Under the pieces are notes generated by a model that was not told where the DNA came from, did not search any database, and saw nothing but the letters and a program-made list of their open reading frames with translations. This document shows positions 1 through 8,657 of a DNA stretch of 33,248 bases, one piece after another. Location: the sequence record SRR31156797_5992, one strand, 5' to 3'. Both the position numbers and the translations under genes were made by a program. Position 1 is the first letter of the stretch, and every line of letters begins with the position of its first letter.

Positions 1-39
1 TTAATAAATACAAAGACCTTGTTATGGAATGATCGGGTG

Positions 40-64
40 AAAAAAAGCCCCTCGATTGAGGGGC
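40..64 (-). terminator. Intrinsic terminator downstream of the SWIM gene
   Basis: Minus strand GCCCCTC-AATC-GAGGGGC followed by T7. Confidence 0.85.
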
Positions 65-75
65 CTTTGATTAAA

Positions 76-606
76 TTAGGAATATTTTTCTAAAAGGAAG
101 AGACACGAGAGCTTTAGAGGATCAGTCAGGTTATGACTTTTCTCATCATTCTCCTCTTTAACAAGTGTTGCTATCCTTTTAATCGGTAAGCCGGAAAGCT
201 CCGCAAGCTGCGAAACAGATACGTCGATAGACTTAAGATCGTCTATAAAATGCTTGAGCGGAGTTGTTTTGATATAAAATTTCACCTCTTCGGTTGTTCG
301 AAGAGATTTTCTGTCTAATTTTTGGTTACTGGCAAATACCCAGGGAGTATAGATGTATGTGAGCCCCAAAGCTGCGGCGTGCTTACAGAATTCTTCTTTT
401 CCACAATCACAATTATACTCAATGGGGTCTGTGTCGATCTTCAGTGTGACTTTATAGTCGCCGTGGTTACCTCGGATGGTTCCATAGATGGTTGAGCTGT
501 CAACGGAACAGTTGATAAACTTACCAACATAGTTCTCAGCTCTTTGCAGGTTCATACTCGTGCTGATATTTTTCAGCTGCTCTTCGGTTAATTTGACTAA
601 CTGCAT
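76..606 (-). CDS. SWIM zinc-finger domain protein
   Basis: CDCGKEEFCKH is a CxC-xn-CxH SWIM motif preceded by a G.I.G..G.Y.V strand pattern. Start moved to ATG at 606, 7 nt after AGGAGG (ORF track starts at 633). Confidence 0.75.
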   Translation of the reverse strand: MQLVKLTEEQLKNISTSMNLQRAENYVGKFINCSVDSSTIYGTIRGNHGDYKVTLKIDTDPIEYNCDCGKEEFCKHAAALGLTYIYTPWVFASNQKLDRKSLRTTEEVKFYIKTTPLKHFIDDLKSIDVSVSQLAELSGLPIKRIATLVKEENDEKSHNLTDPLKLSCLFLLEKYS

Positions 607-693
607 CGGCATGCCTCCTGAATGTATTAACATAATATATTAAACATCACAAATTCTTAAAAATCAATTCGATTTCAGATATTTGTCAATTTA

Positions 694-2976
694 TCAACCC
701 ACTTCAATATACTGAAGTTCACTGCGCCACTTACGCTTCAAAACCTCTCTTATCACTTTGTTTTTTGATTGTGAGAGATCGGGATCATCAGTTAAAATAT
801 CAGCGGCATCACTACGTGCAGTCTGCAATGTTCGGACATCACGAACTATGTTCGAAAAACGGAATTCAGGCAGACCTGATTGTCTTGTCCCGAAGAAATC
901 CCCAGGTCCGCGCATCTCTAGGTCTATCTCGCTGAGCTTAAATCCGTCAGAGTGGGCACACATAGCATTCACCCTCTCAGATGCTTCCTCTGAAACACCT
1001 TCCGAGGTGACAAGTATACAGTAAGATTGCCTGTCGCTTCGCCCTACTCTACCCCTAAGCTGATGAAGTTGTGAAAGTCCAAAACGTTCCGCATTTTCTA
1101 TAACCATAACTGTCGCCTGCGGGATGTCTACTCCGACCTCGATAACTGTTGTAGAGACCAAAATCTGTATATCACCAGCTTTGAAACCGTCCATAAGTGC
1201 TTGTTTCTGCTCATGTTTCATCCTTCCGTGTAAAACTCCGACATTCTCCGCACCAAACTTCTGCGCTATCTTGCGGTGCTCCTCTGTGGCGGCTTTCAGG
1301 TCGAGCTTTTCACTCGTTTCGATCAGCGGATATATAACATAAACCCCGTGACCTTTCTCTATCTCACGGCGCATGAGCGGATAAACCCTCTCTATATTAG
1401 CTTCTGACGTAGTCTGTATCGGTGTTCGCCCCGGTGGGAGCTCGTCTATAACACTGATATCCAAATCACCGTAAAAAGATAGTGCTAATGTCCTAGGTAT
1501 CGGCGTAGCAGTCATCAGGAGAATGTCTGGCATATACCCTTTTTCTATCAATGATTTCCTCTGCTCCACACCAAACCTGTGCTGTTCATCTATGATAGCG
1601 AGACCGAGCTTTGCAAAGTCTGCATCTTCCTGAATTACAGCGTGGGTTCCGAGAACAAAATCAACATGCCCAGCGGCGATAAGCTCCTTTGTGCGCCTCT
1701 TTTCAGCGGCAGTGACCGACCCTGTCAGAAGAACTGCGTTAAGTCCTGTTCCCTGTATCAGCTTAAGAAGGTTCATCATATGCTGTCTGGCGAGCACCTC
1801 TGTGGGGGCTATAACAGCGACCTGATAGCCGTTTTTCACAGCCACAAGCCCCGCAGTGAAAGCTACAATAGTCTTACCGCTACCTACATCACCCTGAACA
1901 AGCCTGTTCATCTGACCAGTGGCGGACATATCGTTAAATATCTCAGCCATCACACGTTTCTGTGCTCCGGTGAATTTGAAAGGTAGCAATTCCTTAATCC
2001 AGTCCAGGTATTCTTTTTTTATGTCAAATACAGTTCCGGTCTGGGTTTCATAAGCTTTCTTTTTAAACAGGAGCCCCATCTGGAGATAGAAAAGTTCCTC
2101 GTAAATAAACCTCTGCGCTGCCGGATGCCGTCTCTCCGCCAGTGCATCAAGGTCGTAAGGATTTTTAGGTCTGTGTATATCAACCAAAGCCTGTTTTGAG
2201 GATGGAAATTTATATTTCGCCTCTAGCCTAGCCGGAAGATGATCTGGAATTTGTGCTAAATATTTATCGAGTGCAGCGTTTATCGCACCGTAAAATGTCT
2301 TTTGCGCCACTGATTTAGGCAGTGAGTAAACAGGGATGATCTTACCCATTTCAGATTCTTTCATAAACTGCGGATGAATAATCGACTCCATTCCGGAGAA
2401 TGAGCCTGACTGACCGTAAAGTGTGTACTGCTTACCCTCTTTCAAAGCACCGGCAGGGTAGCCGGCAGAAAACCTGAACCAGACAGCAGCAAACTGACCA
2501 AAATCGCCTGAGAAAACGGCCTTATACATACGCTTGCGGTTTCTGGTGGTAACTACTGCTCCGCTCTGAAAAACACCTGTGAGTGCCTTTTTACCGCTTC
2601 TCGACTCACCGATATATTCATACCTGTATGGAAAGTGGTAAAGCATATCTTCAACTGTTTCTATGTGCTGTTTTTTTAGTGATTCGAAAGCTTTTTTCCC
2701 TATGCCGGGCAGTTTATCCACCGGAACAGGTGGCATTTCTTCCTTAACTATTAGTGACTGGCTCAGAAGTGCCAGCTCAGACGTAATCTCGTCAAGCTGT
2801 TCTGTGGTGGGATTCCCCTCAAGTGCAGATAAAGCAAGACCCACCAGATTTTCACTCTGACGGGTCTTTAAATTTTTAAGTTTATTTAATATTGTCTCCG
2901 GAGCCTTATAAAACTCAGCACCGGAATCTCTAACCTCAGCTAATAACCTAAGGTATATACTGCGGTCTTCAGACAT
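694..2976 (-). CDS. recG: ATP-dependent DNA helicase RecG
   Basis: QGDVGSGKT, DEQHRFG, TATPIPRT, QLHQLRGRVGR and TRG motif DLEMRGPGDFFGTRQSG. Confidence 0.97.
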   Translation of the reverse strand: MSEDRSIYLRLLAEVRDSGAEFYKAPETILNKLKNLKTRQSENLVGLALSALEGNPTTEQLDEITSELALLSQSLIVKEEMPPVPVDKLPGIGKKAFESLKKQHIETVEDMLYHFPYRYEYIGESRSGKKALTGVFQSGAVVTTRNRKRMYKAVFSGDFGQFAAVWFRFSAGYPAGALKEGKQYTLYGQSGSFSGMESIIHPQFMKESEMGKIIPVYSLPKSVAQKTFYGAINAALDKYLAQIPDHLPARLEAKYKFPSSKQALVDIHRPKNPYDLDALAERRHPAAQRFIYEELFYLQMGLLFKKKAYETQTGTVFDIKKEYLDWIKELLPFKFTGAQKRVMAEIFNDMSATGQMNRLVQGDVGSGKTIVAFTAGLVAVKNGYQVAVIAPTEVLARQHMMNLLKLIQGTGLNAVLLTGSVTAAEKRRTKELIAAGHVDFVLGTHAVIQEDADFAKLGLAIIDEQHRFGVEQRKSLIEKGYMPDILLMTATPIPRTLALSFYGDLDISVIDELPPGRTPIQTTSEANIERVYPLMRREIEKGHGVYVIYPLIETSEKLDLKAATEEHRKIAQKFGAENVGVLHGRMKHEQKQALMDGFKAGDIQILVSTTVIEVGVDIPQATVMVIENAERFGLSQLHQLRGRVGRSDRQSYCILVTSEGVSEEASERVNAMCAHSDGFKLSEIDLEMRGPGDFFGTRQSGLPEFRFSNIVRDVRTLQTARSDAADILTDDPDLSQSKNKVIREVLKRKWRSELQYIEVG

Positions 2977-3429
2977 TTAGAACATGTTTAACGCTTGTGA
3001 CTCACTCTTGCCGAAAATCTCCTGTACATCCAGAATGATAACCATACCGGAAGGGAGCCTTGCCACACCTTTGATGTAGCTGTTTTCAACACTTGTAGAA
3101 GCAGCAGGAGCCTTGTCAACAATTCCACTGTCCACCCTGAGCACTTCCTCAACATGATCAACGATAAAACCGACCATCTTGCCATTGAGGTTGAGAACGA
3201 TAATCCGAGTCTGGTTAGTGTACTCATTCGCAGGTATGTTAAGCTTTTTCCTTAAATCCACGATAGGGATAACCTTACCCCTGATATTTATAATCCCCTC
3301 AACAAAACTAGGCGCCTTAGGCACTTTCGTAATTTCGAGCATACGGAGAATTTCTTTGATATCCATAATATCAATACCGTACTTTTCATTGTTGAGCAGG
3401 AGGTTAACGTATTGTTTGTCTTCAGCCAT
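2977..3429 (-). CDS. cheW: Chemotaxis scaffold protein CheW
   Basis: YGIDI, ITKVPKAPSFVEGIINIRGKVIPIVDLR and VGFIVDHV. Probable start ATG at 3429 (MAEDKQ). Confidence 0.92.
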   Translation of the reverse strand: MAEDKQYVNLLLNNEKYGIDIMDIKEILRMLEITKVPKAPSFVEGIINIRGKVIPIVDLRKKLNIPANEYTNQTRIIVLNLNGKMVGFIVDHVEEVLRVDSGIVDKAPAASTSVENSYIKGVARLPSGMVIILDVQEIFGKSESQALNMF

Positions 3430-3458
3430 AATAAACCCCAAGTTGTATCATTTCTAAA

Positions 3459-3487
3459 ATAATAACAGGCATTTCAGGTTTATGCAA
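3459..3487 (-). promoter_or_regulatory. Putative sigma70 promoter of cheW-recG
   Basis: TTGCAT-17 bp-TATTAT with extended TG. Confidence 0.5.
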
Positions 3488-3490
3488 TTA

Positions 3491-3859
3491 TTAAACCAGT
3501 ACCTCGTCTTTGTTTACGATTCTGTTTTGCGCATCGACCTGAACAACCGTAGGTTTATATGTCTCAAGGTCTTTTTCGTCCATCATAGCAAATGTCGCAA
3601 TGATAACCATATCGCCAACTTGTACGTGTCTGGCTGCAGCACCGTTAAGGCATATTTCGCCGCTTCCTCTGCGCCCTTTGATAGTATATGTGTGGAAACG
3701 TGCGCCATTTGTAATGTTCCAGATGTCAACTTTCTCGAACTCCATGATACCAGCCGCTTCCATAAGGTCTTCATCTATCCCTATGCTTCCTTCGTAATGG
3801 AGGTCAGCATCTGTAACTGTTGCTCTGTGGATCTTAGATTTGAACATATCTCTTAACAT
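3491..3859 (-). CDS. panD: Aspartate 1-decarboxylase
   Basis: [15 protein letters not shown] (G24-S25 autocleavage site), [14 protein letters not shown]. Confidence 0.97.
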   Translation of the reverse strand: MLRDMFKSKIHRATVTDADLHYEGSIGIDEDLMEAAGIMEFEKVDIWNITNGARFHTYTIKGRRGSGEICLNGAAARHVQVGDMVIIATFAMMDEKDLETYKPTVVQVDAQNRIVNKDEVLV

Positions 3860-3870
3860 TTAAGCACCTC

Positions 3871-4716
3871 TTATATCTTAAAAAATTTATTATCTATAAG
3901 TCTCGCACCACCCACTTTAACAGCGAGTGCCACTACAAAATCTTCTGTTATTTTATCGAGAGAATAAAGCTCATCAGCATGGATGACCTCTACATAATCG
4001 ACAGTTGTATCAGTATGTGAATCTATAAAATCTACAATTTTTTGTCTTACAACCTTTGCGTCACGCTCACCATTCCCTATCAGCTCTGTTACGACATTAA
4101 ATGACTTTGACAAACTGAGTGCTGACTCACGCTGATCAGGTTTAAGGTATATATTCCTGCTGCTCATAGCAAGCCCGTCAGCCTCACGGATGATAGGCAT
4201 TCCAACTACATCCACCCCCATATTAAGGTCTGTCACCATACGTTTTATAACCTGAAGCTGCTGGTAATCCTTAGAGCCGAAGTAGGCTTTGTCAGGGGTT
4301 ACAATATTGAAAAGTTTAGAAACAACAGTTGTTACACCGTCAAAATGAGTCGGTCTGGATAGTCCGCAGAGTACCTTTGTCAGCCCTTCCACGCTCACTG
4401 TTGTGCAGTAGCCGCCAGGGTACATTTCTGACGGTTCAGGGAAAAATATGATATCTGCGCCAGCACTGGTAACAAGCTCTGTGTCACGCTCTAAATTTCT
4501 AGGGTATGATTCTAAGTCCTCATTAGGACCGAACTGAGTCGGGTTAACGAAAATGCTGACCACTGTAACATCATTATTTGCCACACTCTCTTTTACAAGG
4601 CTTATGTGCCCGTCGTGAAGAAAACCCATAGTCGGTACAAAGCCAACTGATTTCCCCTGCATACGCAATTGTTTAATCTCTTCTCTTATATCTTTTACAG
4701 TTACTATAATCTTCAT
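3871..4716 (-). CDS. panC: Pantoate--beta-alanine ligase
   Basis: VPTMGFLHDGH, SIFVNPTQF, YFGSKDYQQ, GLAMSSRN, RLIDN. Confidence 0.97.
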   Translation of the reverse strand: MKIIVTVKDIREEIKQLRMQGKSVGFVPTMGFLHDGHISLVKESVANNDVTVVSIFVNPTQFGPNEDLESYPRNLERDTELVTSAGADIIFFPEPSEMYPGGYCTTVSVEGLTKVLCGLSRPTHFDGVTTVVSKLFNIVTPDKAYFGSKDYQQLQVIKRMVTDLNMGVDVVGMPIIREADGLAMSSRNIYLKPDQRESALSLSKSFNVVTELIGNGERDAKVVRQKIVDFIDSHTDTTVDYVEVIHADELYSLDKITEDFVVALAVKVGGARLIDNKFFKI

Positions 4717-4725
4717 CAGTTTACC

Positions 4726-5535
4726 TTAAAATGTATGTTTATCTTCTGGGAATGTGCCAGCTTTAACATCTTTGATATACTCTTTAGCGGCAGCACCGAT
4801 AATCGCTTTAACGTCTGAATACTGCTTAACAAACTTAGGCACAAAATCATCAAACAGACCGAAAACATCGTGGAATACAAGTATCTGACCGTCACACCCA
4901 GCACCTGCGCCTATTCCTATTGTCGGGATATCTATAGATTTCGATACAGTTTCAGCGACATCAGCGACAACACCCTCTAAAACTATAGAAAATGCACCAG
5001 CCTCTTCCAAAGCTTTGGCATCTTCAACAAGTGATTCGTGACCGTTGCGCCCCTGAATCTTATATCCGCCCATAATATTTACCATCTGGGGCATGAGTCC
5101 AATGTGTCCCATGACCACAATCCCAGCCTCTGTTAATTTTCTAACAAGCTCTGCTCTGTTTTTTCCACCCTCAATTTTCACAGCATCAAACCCTGTCTCT
5201 TTAACAAGCCTTATGCAATTCTCAAGTGCCTGTTCATCTGAAACATGATAAGTACCGAACGGCATATCAGCTACAAGATAAGCCCTTGATGCGCCTTTTC
5301 TTACGGATTTACAATGATATATGACCTCATCAAGAGTCACAGGAATTGTACTTCCATAGCCGTTCATGACCATCCCGAGGCTATCACCAACGAGAATGAG
5401 ATCCATTCCGGCCTTATCCAGCATCATAGCAGACGTATAATCGTAAGCGGTAAGGCATGTAACCTTCTCACCTTCGGACTTCATCTTACTGAAAGTATTG
5501 ACATTTATCTTTTTGAGTTCTGAGAATTTGCTCAT
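4726..5535 (-). CDS. panB: 3-methyl-2-oxobutanoate hydroxymethyltransferase
   Basis: LTAYD, ILVGDSLGM, VKIEGG, MGHIGLMPQ, IGIGAGAGCDGQILV. Confidence 0.97.
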   Translation of the reverse strand: MSKFSELKKINVNTFSKMKSEGEKVTCLTAYDYTSAMMLDKAGMDLILVGDSLGMVMNGYGSTIPVTLDEVIYHCKSVRKGASRAYLVADMPFGTYHVSDEQALENCIRLVKETGFDAVKIEGGKNRAELVRKLTEAGIVVMGHIGLMPQMVNIMGGYKIQGRNGHESLVEDAKALEEAGAFSIVLEGVVADVAETVSKSIDIPTIGIGAGAGCDGQILVFHDVFGLFDDFVPKFVKQYSDVKAIIGAAAKEYIKDVKAGTFPEDKHTF

Positions 5536-5605
5536 TATATACTCCTACGCAAGGATAGCGGGGACGTACATCGAGCACGGTTGAAAGGAGATATTCGCTT
5601 TTAAC

Positions 5606-5633
5606 GTGTCTCGGTCCTTCCGGATCCAAGCAC
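5606..5633 (-). ncRNA. pan RNA motif (cis-regulatory hairpin with two bulged adenosines)
   Basis: GUGCUUGG[A]UCC-GGAA-GGACCGAG[A]CAC, about 70 nt upstream of panB. Matches the described pan motif architecture and gene context. Confidence 0.8.
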
Positions 5634-5637
5634 AGAT

Positions 5638-5666
5638 AAGTTAGTACATTATCTTTTATGAGTCAA
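5638..5666 (-). promoter_or_regulatory. Putative sigma70 promoter of panBCD
   Basis: TTGACT-17 bp-TAACTT immediately upstream of the pan hairpin. Confidence 0.55.
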
Positions 5667-5668
5667 GA

Positions 5669-6205
5669 TTAAAAACTAGGAGGTGTCCCTACCCAGAATG
5701 CAACAGCTGGTTTATCAGTTCTGTTTCTTATCTTGTGAGGCAGGTTAGAGCTGAAATAGATACATTCTCCGGTGCGCAGATAGTGTTCCTCATTTCCGAT
5801 AACAACACAGATCTCACCTTCGATAACATACCCTACTTCCTCACCGGAATGCTGATAGAATTCAGTTCCAGTTTCACCGTAAGGATCAAGCTCTATAAGG
5901 ATAGGCTCCATTTTGCGGTTAACAAGTTTTGAAGCTAAAAATGACATTGTGATACTTTTATTTTTAAATACCTTATAATCTGTCTGATTGAATATATTGA
6001 CTATATTTCTTTCATCTTCAAAGAGTTCGCTGATCGTTGTTCCAAGTGCATAACAAATTTTCTTAAGAGATGCGATGGATGGAGAATTCTTTCCATTTTC
6101 GATCTGACTAATAAAACTCTTAGTAAACCCAGTCTTTTGTGAGATATCCTCTAGCGTCATACCAAGCTTTTTCCTAGTCTCTCTAAGTTTAATTCCGTAA
6201 GACAT
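5669..6205 (-). CDS. XRE-family HTH transcriptional regulator with C-terminal cupin (PuuR/SutR-like)
   Basis: HTH LRETRKKLGMTLEDISQKTGFTKSFISQIENGKNSPSI and cupin HSGEEVGYVIEG...G.CIYFSSNLPH. Confidence 0.92.
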   Translation of the reverse strand: MSYGIKLRETRKKLGMTLEDISQKTGFTKSFISQIENGKNSPSIASLKKICYALGTTISELFEDERNIVNIFNQTDYKVFKNKSITMSFLASKLVNRKMEPILIELDPYGETGTEFYQHSGEEVGYVIEGEICVVIGNEEHYLRTGECIYFSSNLPHKIRNRTDKPAVAFWVGTPPSF

Positions 6206-6233
6206 ATTCCACCCCTAGTAATATTTAATTTGA

Positions 6234-6263
6234 AGTATATATTAAACAAATACCGTGTGTCAA
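6234..6263 (-). promoter_or_regulatory. Putative sigma70 promoter of the XRE regulator
   Basis: TTGACA-18 bp-TATACT. Confidence 0.6.
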
Positions 6264-6345
6264 GAAGTATGTTATATTTTATTACACTGTTATAAAAGTG
6301 AATAGATACGGAATTTGTTAATTGTTAATACATTTTATTTATTTA

Positions 6346-6373
6346 TTGACCTTTACCTGTAGTTAGCTATCAT
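6346..6373 (+). promoter_or_regulatory. Putative sigma70 promoter of the gamma-CA gene
   Basis: TTGACC-16 bp-TATCAT. Confidence 0.5.
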
Positions 6374-6409
6374 GAAAATTAGAATTTTCTATCAGAAAGG
6401 AAGTAATAT

Positions 6410-6940
6410 ATGGAAAGTGTAAAAAGAAGATTAAACACTAAACCCACTGTGGGCTCTGGAGTATATATCGCTGATAGTGCAGATATTATCGGAGAAGTCG
6501 AACTTAAAGAAGATAGCAGTGTATGGTTTAATGTTGTGCTCAGAGGCGATGTTGAAAAGATTACAGTTGGTAAATGTTCTAATGTTCAGGATGGAACTGT
6601 TATACATACAACTCTCGATAAGTTTCCAACTGTGATAGGTGATTACGTCACTATCGGGCATAATGCGATGCTCCACGGGTGCACGATAAAAGACAATGTT
6701 TTAATTGGCATAGGTGCAATCATCCTTGATAACTCAGTGGTAGGTGAAAACACCATCGTCGCTGCCGGAACACTTGTACCGCCGGGAAAGGAGTACCCTC
6801 CTAATTCCCTCCTGATGGGAAGCCCTGCAAAGGTCGCTAAAACCCTCTCAGAAGCGGAAATACAGAGCATCAGAGACTATGCTGACAGGTATTATAAGTA
6901 TAAAGAACTTTATATCTCTGAAGGCTGTGAAAAGATTTAA
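6410..6940 (+). CDS. Gamma carbonic anhydrase family protein (YrdA/PaaY-like)
   Basis: Hexapeptide repeats; VLRGD, NVQDGTVIH and TIGHNAMLHGC supply three His Zn ligands. Confidence 0.92.
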   Translation: MESVKRRLNTKPTVGSGVYIADSADIIGEVELKEDSSVWFNVVLRGDVEKITVGKCSNVQDGTVIHTTLDKFPTVIGDYVTIGHNAMLHGCTIKDNVLIGIGAIILDNSVVGENTIVAAGTLVPPGKEYPPNSLLMGSPAKVAKTLSEAEIQSIRDYADRYYKYKELYISEGCEKI

Positions 6941-6941
6941 A

Positions 6942-8465
6942 TCATAGATTTATAACGCTCGTGAAATTCACTTTATCTATAAGAGATTGATCGTGTGACA
7001 CCAGTATTAGTGCGCCCTTATAGCTTTGCAGAGATTCTTCGAGTATATTTACACTATCTATATCAAGGTTATTAGTCGGTTCATCTAAAATAAGAAGCTC
7101 AAGATTAGGATTAGCTAATACGCAGGCGAGTGTTGCTTTTAATAATTCTCCACCACTAATGGTGGAAACGAGTTTTAGTACATTCTCATTACGAAATAGG
7201 ACTCTCGCTAAGCTGTCGTATGCCTTGTTTATACTGTCATCTGGATTGTAATCACAGTAATTATCTAATATTGATTTTGAACCATCGAGAAGCTCAAGCT
7301 TTTGGTCTAAATAAACTGGTTTAGTATTAAGAACGGCACCCCCCCTCAAGGGTGAATACTCTCCGGTAATTAATTTGAGCAGTGTTGTTTTACCACTTCC
7401 GTTATCACCATTAATAATCAACCTTTCGCCATATCTTATATCAATATTAATCCTTTCAAAGACGACCCCTCTCCCGTATGAAAAGCACATATCACTACCA
7501 CTGAAAAGGATTTTTGATTGATTCGTGCTATTTGCAGAAAGATTTATTTTGATAGACTTTCTATCTTCAATTTTATTTTTTAACTCTTTCAGGCGATCAT
7601 TAACTTCAGAATGAATTTTATCTGAAGTCTTGCTTTTCTTACCAGCACTACTCTCTGCCTGCATCCTCTTCTGACCTGCTCCAGCTCTGGTATATTTATT
7701 ACGATTTATATTTTTGAGTCCAATACGCTTCTTCTTCGCAGCATTCTCAGATAACTTTTGCTGTTTCTTAATGATTAGTTTCTCTTCGTTTTCAAGGGAC
7801 GTAAGTTGATTATTTAGTCTGGCATTGTATGCTCTCTTTTCTGAAACATAGTAGCCGTAGCCACCTGAATACATCTGTAAACCTTTTTCAGTAAGCTCAT
7901 ATATTATCTCTATTTTATTGAGAAGTTCACGATCGTGAGAGATTATAAAAAGTCCTTTATCAGTAGCCCTAACCCACTCATAAAAATAGTTTTTAGATGA
8001 GCGATCAAGGTTATTTGTAGGTTCGTCAAAAAAAATAATATCTGAATCAGATATAAAAGTTTTAACTAGCAGAATTTTTGTAATTTCTCCACCGCTGAAA
8101 CTCCGTATATCTCTATCAAATTCAACATCATTAAGTCCAAATCTACTAAGCTCTTTTCTCGCTTCAGACTCAAGCTTCCAGTAATCATTTGTATAACCAG
8201 TATCGTAAATAACATCAGCTAACGAGCCAATTAAATCACCTGTCTTTTGAGGTAAATAGCTGATTTTTGCATTACTTTTGACAACACCTGCTGATGGATT
8301 GGCCATATTTAGGAGAATTTTAAACAGTGTGGATTTACCGATACCATTTTTGCCTATGAGTGCGGTTTTACTTTTATTAGTTATTGTGAAATTAAGGTTA
8401 TTAAATAAGGACTCACCATCAGGGAGACAGAAAGACAGATTATTAGCAGAAATATAATACATCAT
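6942..8465 (-). CDS. ABC-F family ATPase (ribosome-protection-like)
   Basis: Two NBDs (GKNGIGKST/FSGGE/DEPTNNLD and GDNGSGKTT/ISGGE/DEPTNNLD), a long basic linker, no TM segments. Confidence 0.88.
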   Translation of the reverse strand: MMYYISANNLSFCLPDGESLFNNLNFTITNKSKTALIGKNGIGKSTLFKILLNMANPSAGVVKSNAKISYLPQKTGDLIGSLADVIYDTGYTNDYWKLESEARKELSRFGLNDVEFDRDIRSFSGGEITKILLVKTFISDSDIIFFDEPTNNLDRSSKNYFYEWVRATDKGLFIISHDRELLNKIEIIYELTEKGLQMYSGGYGYYVSEKRAYNARLNNQLTSLENEEKLIIKKQQKLSENAAKKKRIGLKNINRNKYTRAGAGQKRMQAESSAGKKSKTSDKIHSEVNDRLKELKNKIEDRKSIKINLSANSTNQSKILFSGSDMCFSYGRGVVFERINIDIRYGERLIINGDNGSGKTTLLKLITGEYSPLRGGAVLNTKPVYLDQKLELLDGSKSILDNYCDYNPDDSINKAYDSLARVLFRNENVLKLVSTISGGELLKATLACVLANPNLELLILDEPTNNLDIDSVNILEESLQSYKGALILVSHDQSLIDKVNFTSVINL

Positions 8466-8549
8466 GATACAACTCCGTTACATAAATTATTTGTTTAGGT
8501 ACAAATTAATATTTATCTAACTATGTTGTTCATTTTATAAACTGCCTCC
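8464..8549 (-). promoter_or_regulatory. Putative translational attenuator of the ABC-F gene
   Basis: A hairpin at 8464-8533 pairs the uORF with the ABC-F SD and AUG. The uORF has its own SD GGAGG at 8545-8549. Confidence 0.7.
8513..8533 (-). CDS. Putative leader peptide MNNIVR
   Basis: ATG AAC AAC ATA GTT AGA TAA, 11 nt after GGAGG. Forms the 5' arm of the SD-sequestering stem. Confidence 0.6.
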   Translation of the reverse strand: MNNIVR

Positions 8550-8568
8550 GAAATTTGATCTATGCCTG

Positions 8569-8597
8569 AATATATGACACAGAAAAGCTAATTACAA
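8569..8597 (-). promoter_or_regulatory. Putative sigma70 promoter of the uORF/ABC-F unit
   Basis: TTGTAA-17 bp-TATATT. Confidence 0.5.
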
Positions 8598-8605
8598 GTT
8601 AAAAC

Positions 8606-8636
8606 AAAAAAGGCGACCCATTTCTGAATCGCCTTT
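8606..8636 (-). terminator. Intrinsic terminator of the LysM lipoprotein gene
   Basis: AAAGGCGATTCA-GAAA-TGGGTCGCCTTTTTT on the minus strand. Confidence 0.88.
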
Positions 8637-8657
8637 GTTATTTAAATTAGAGGAATC

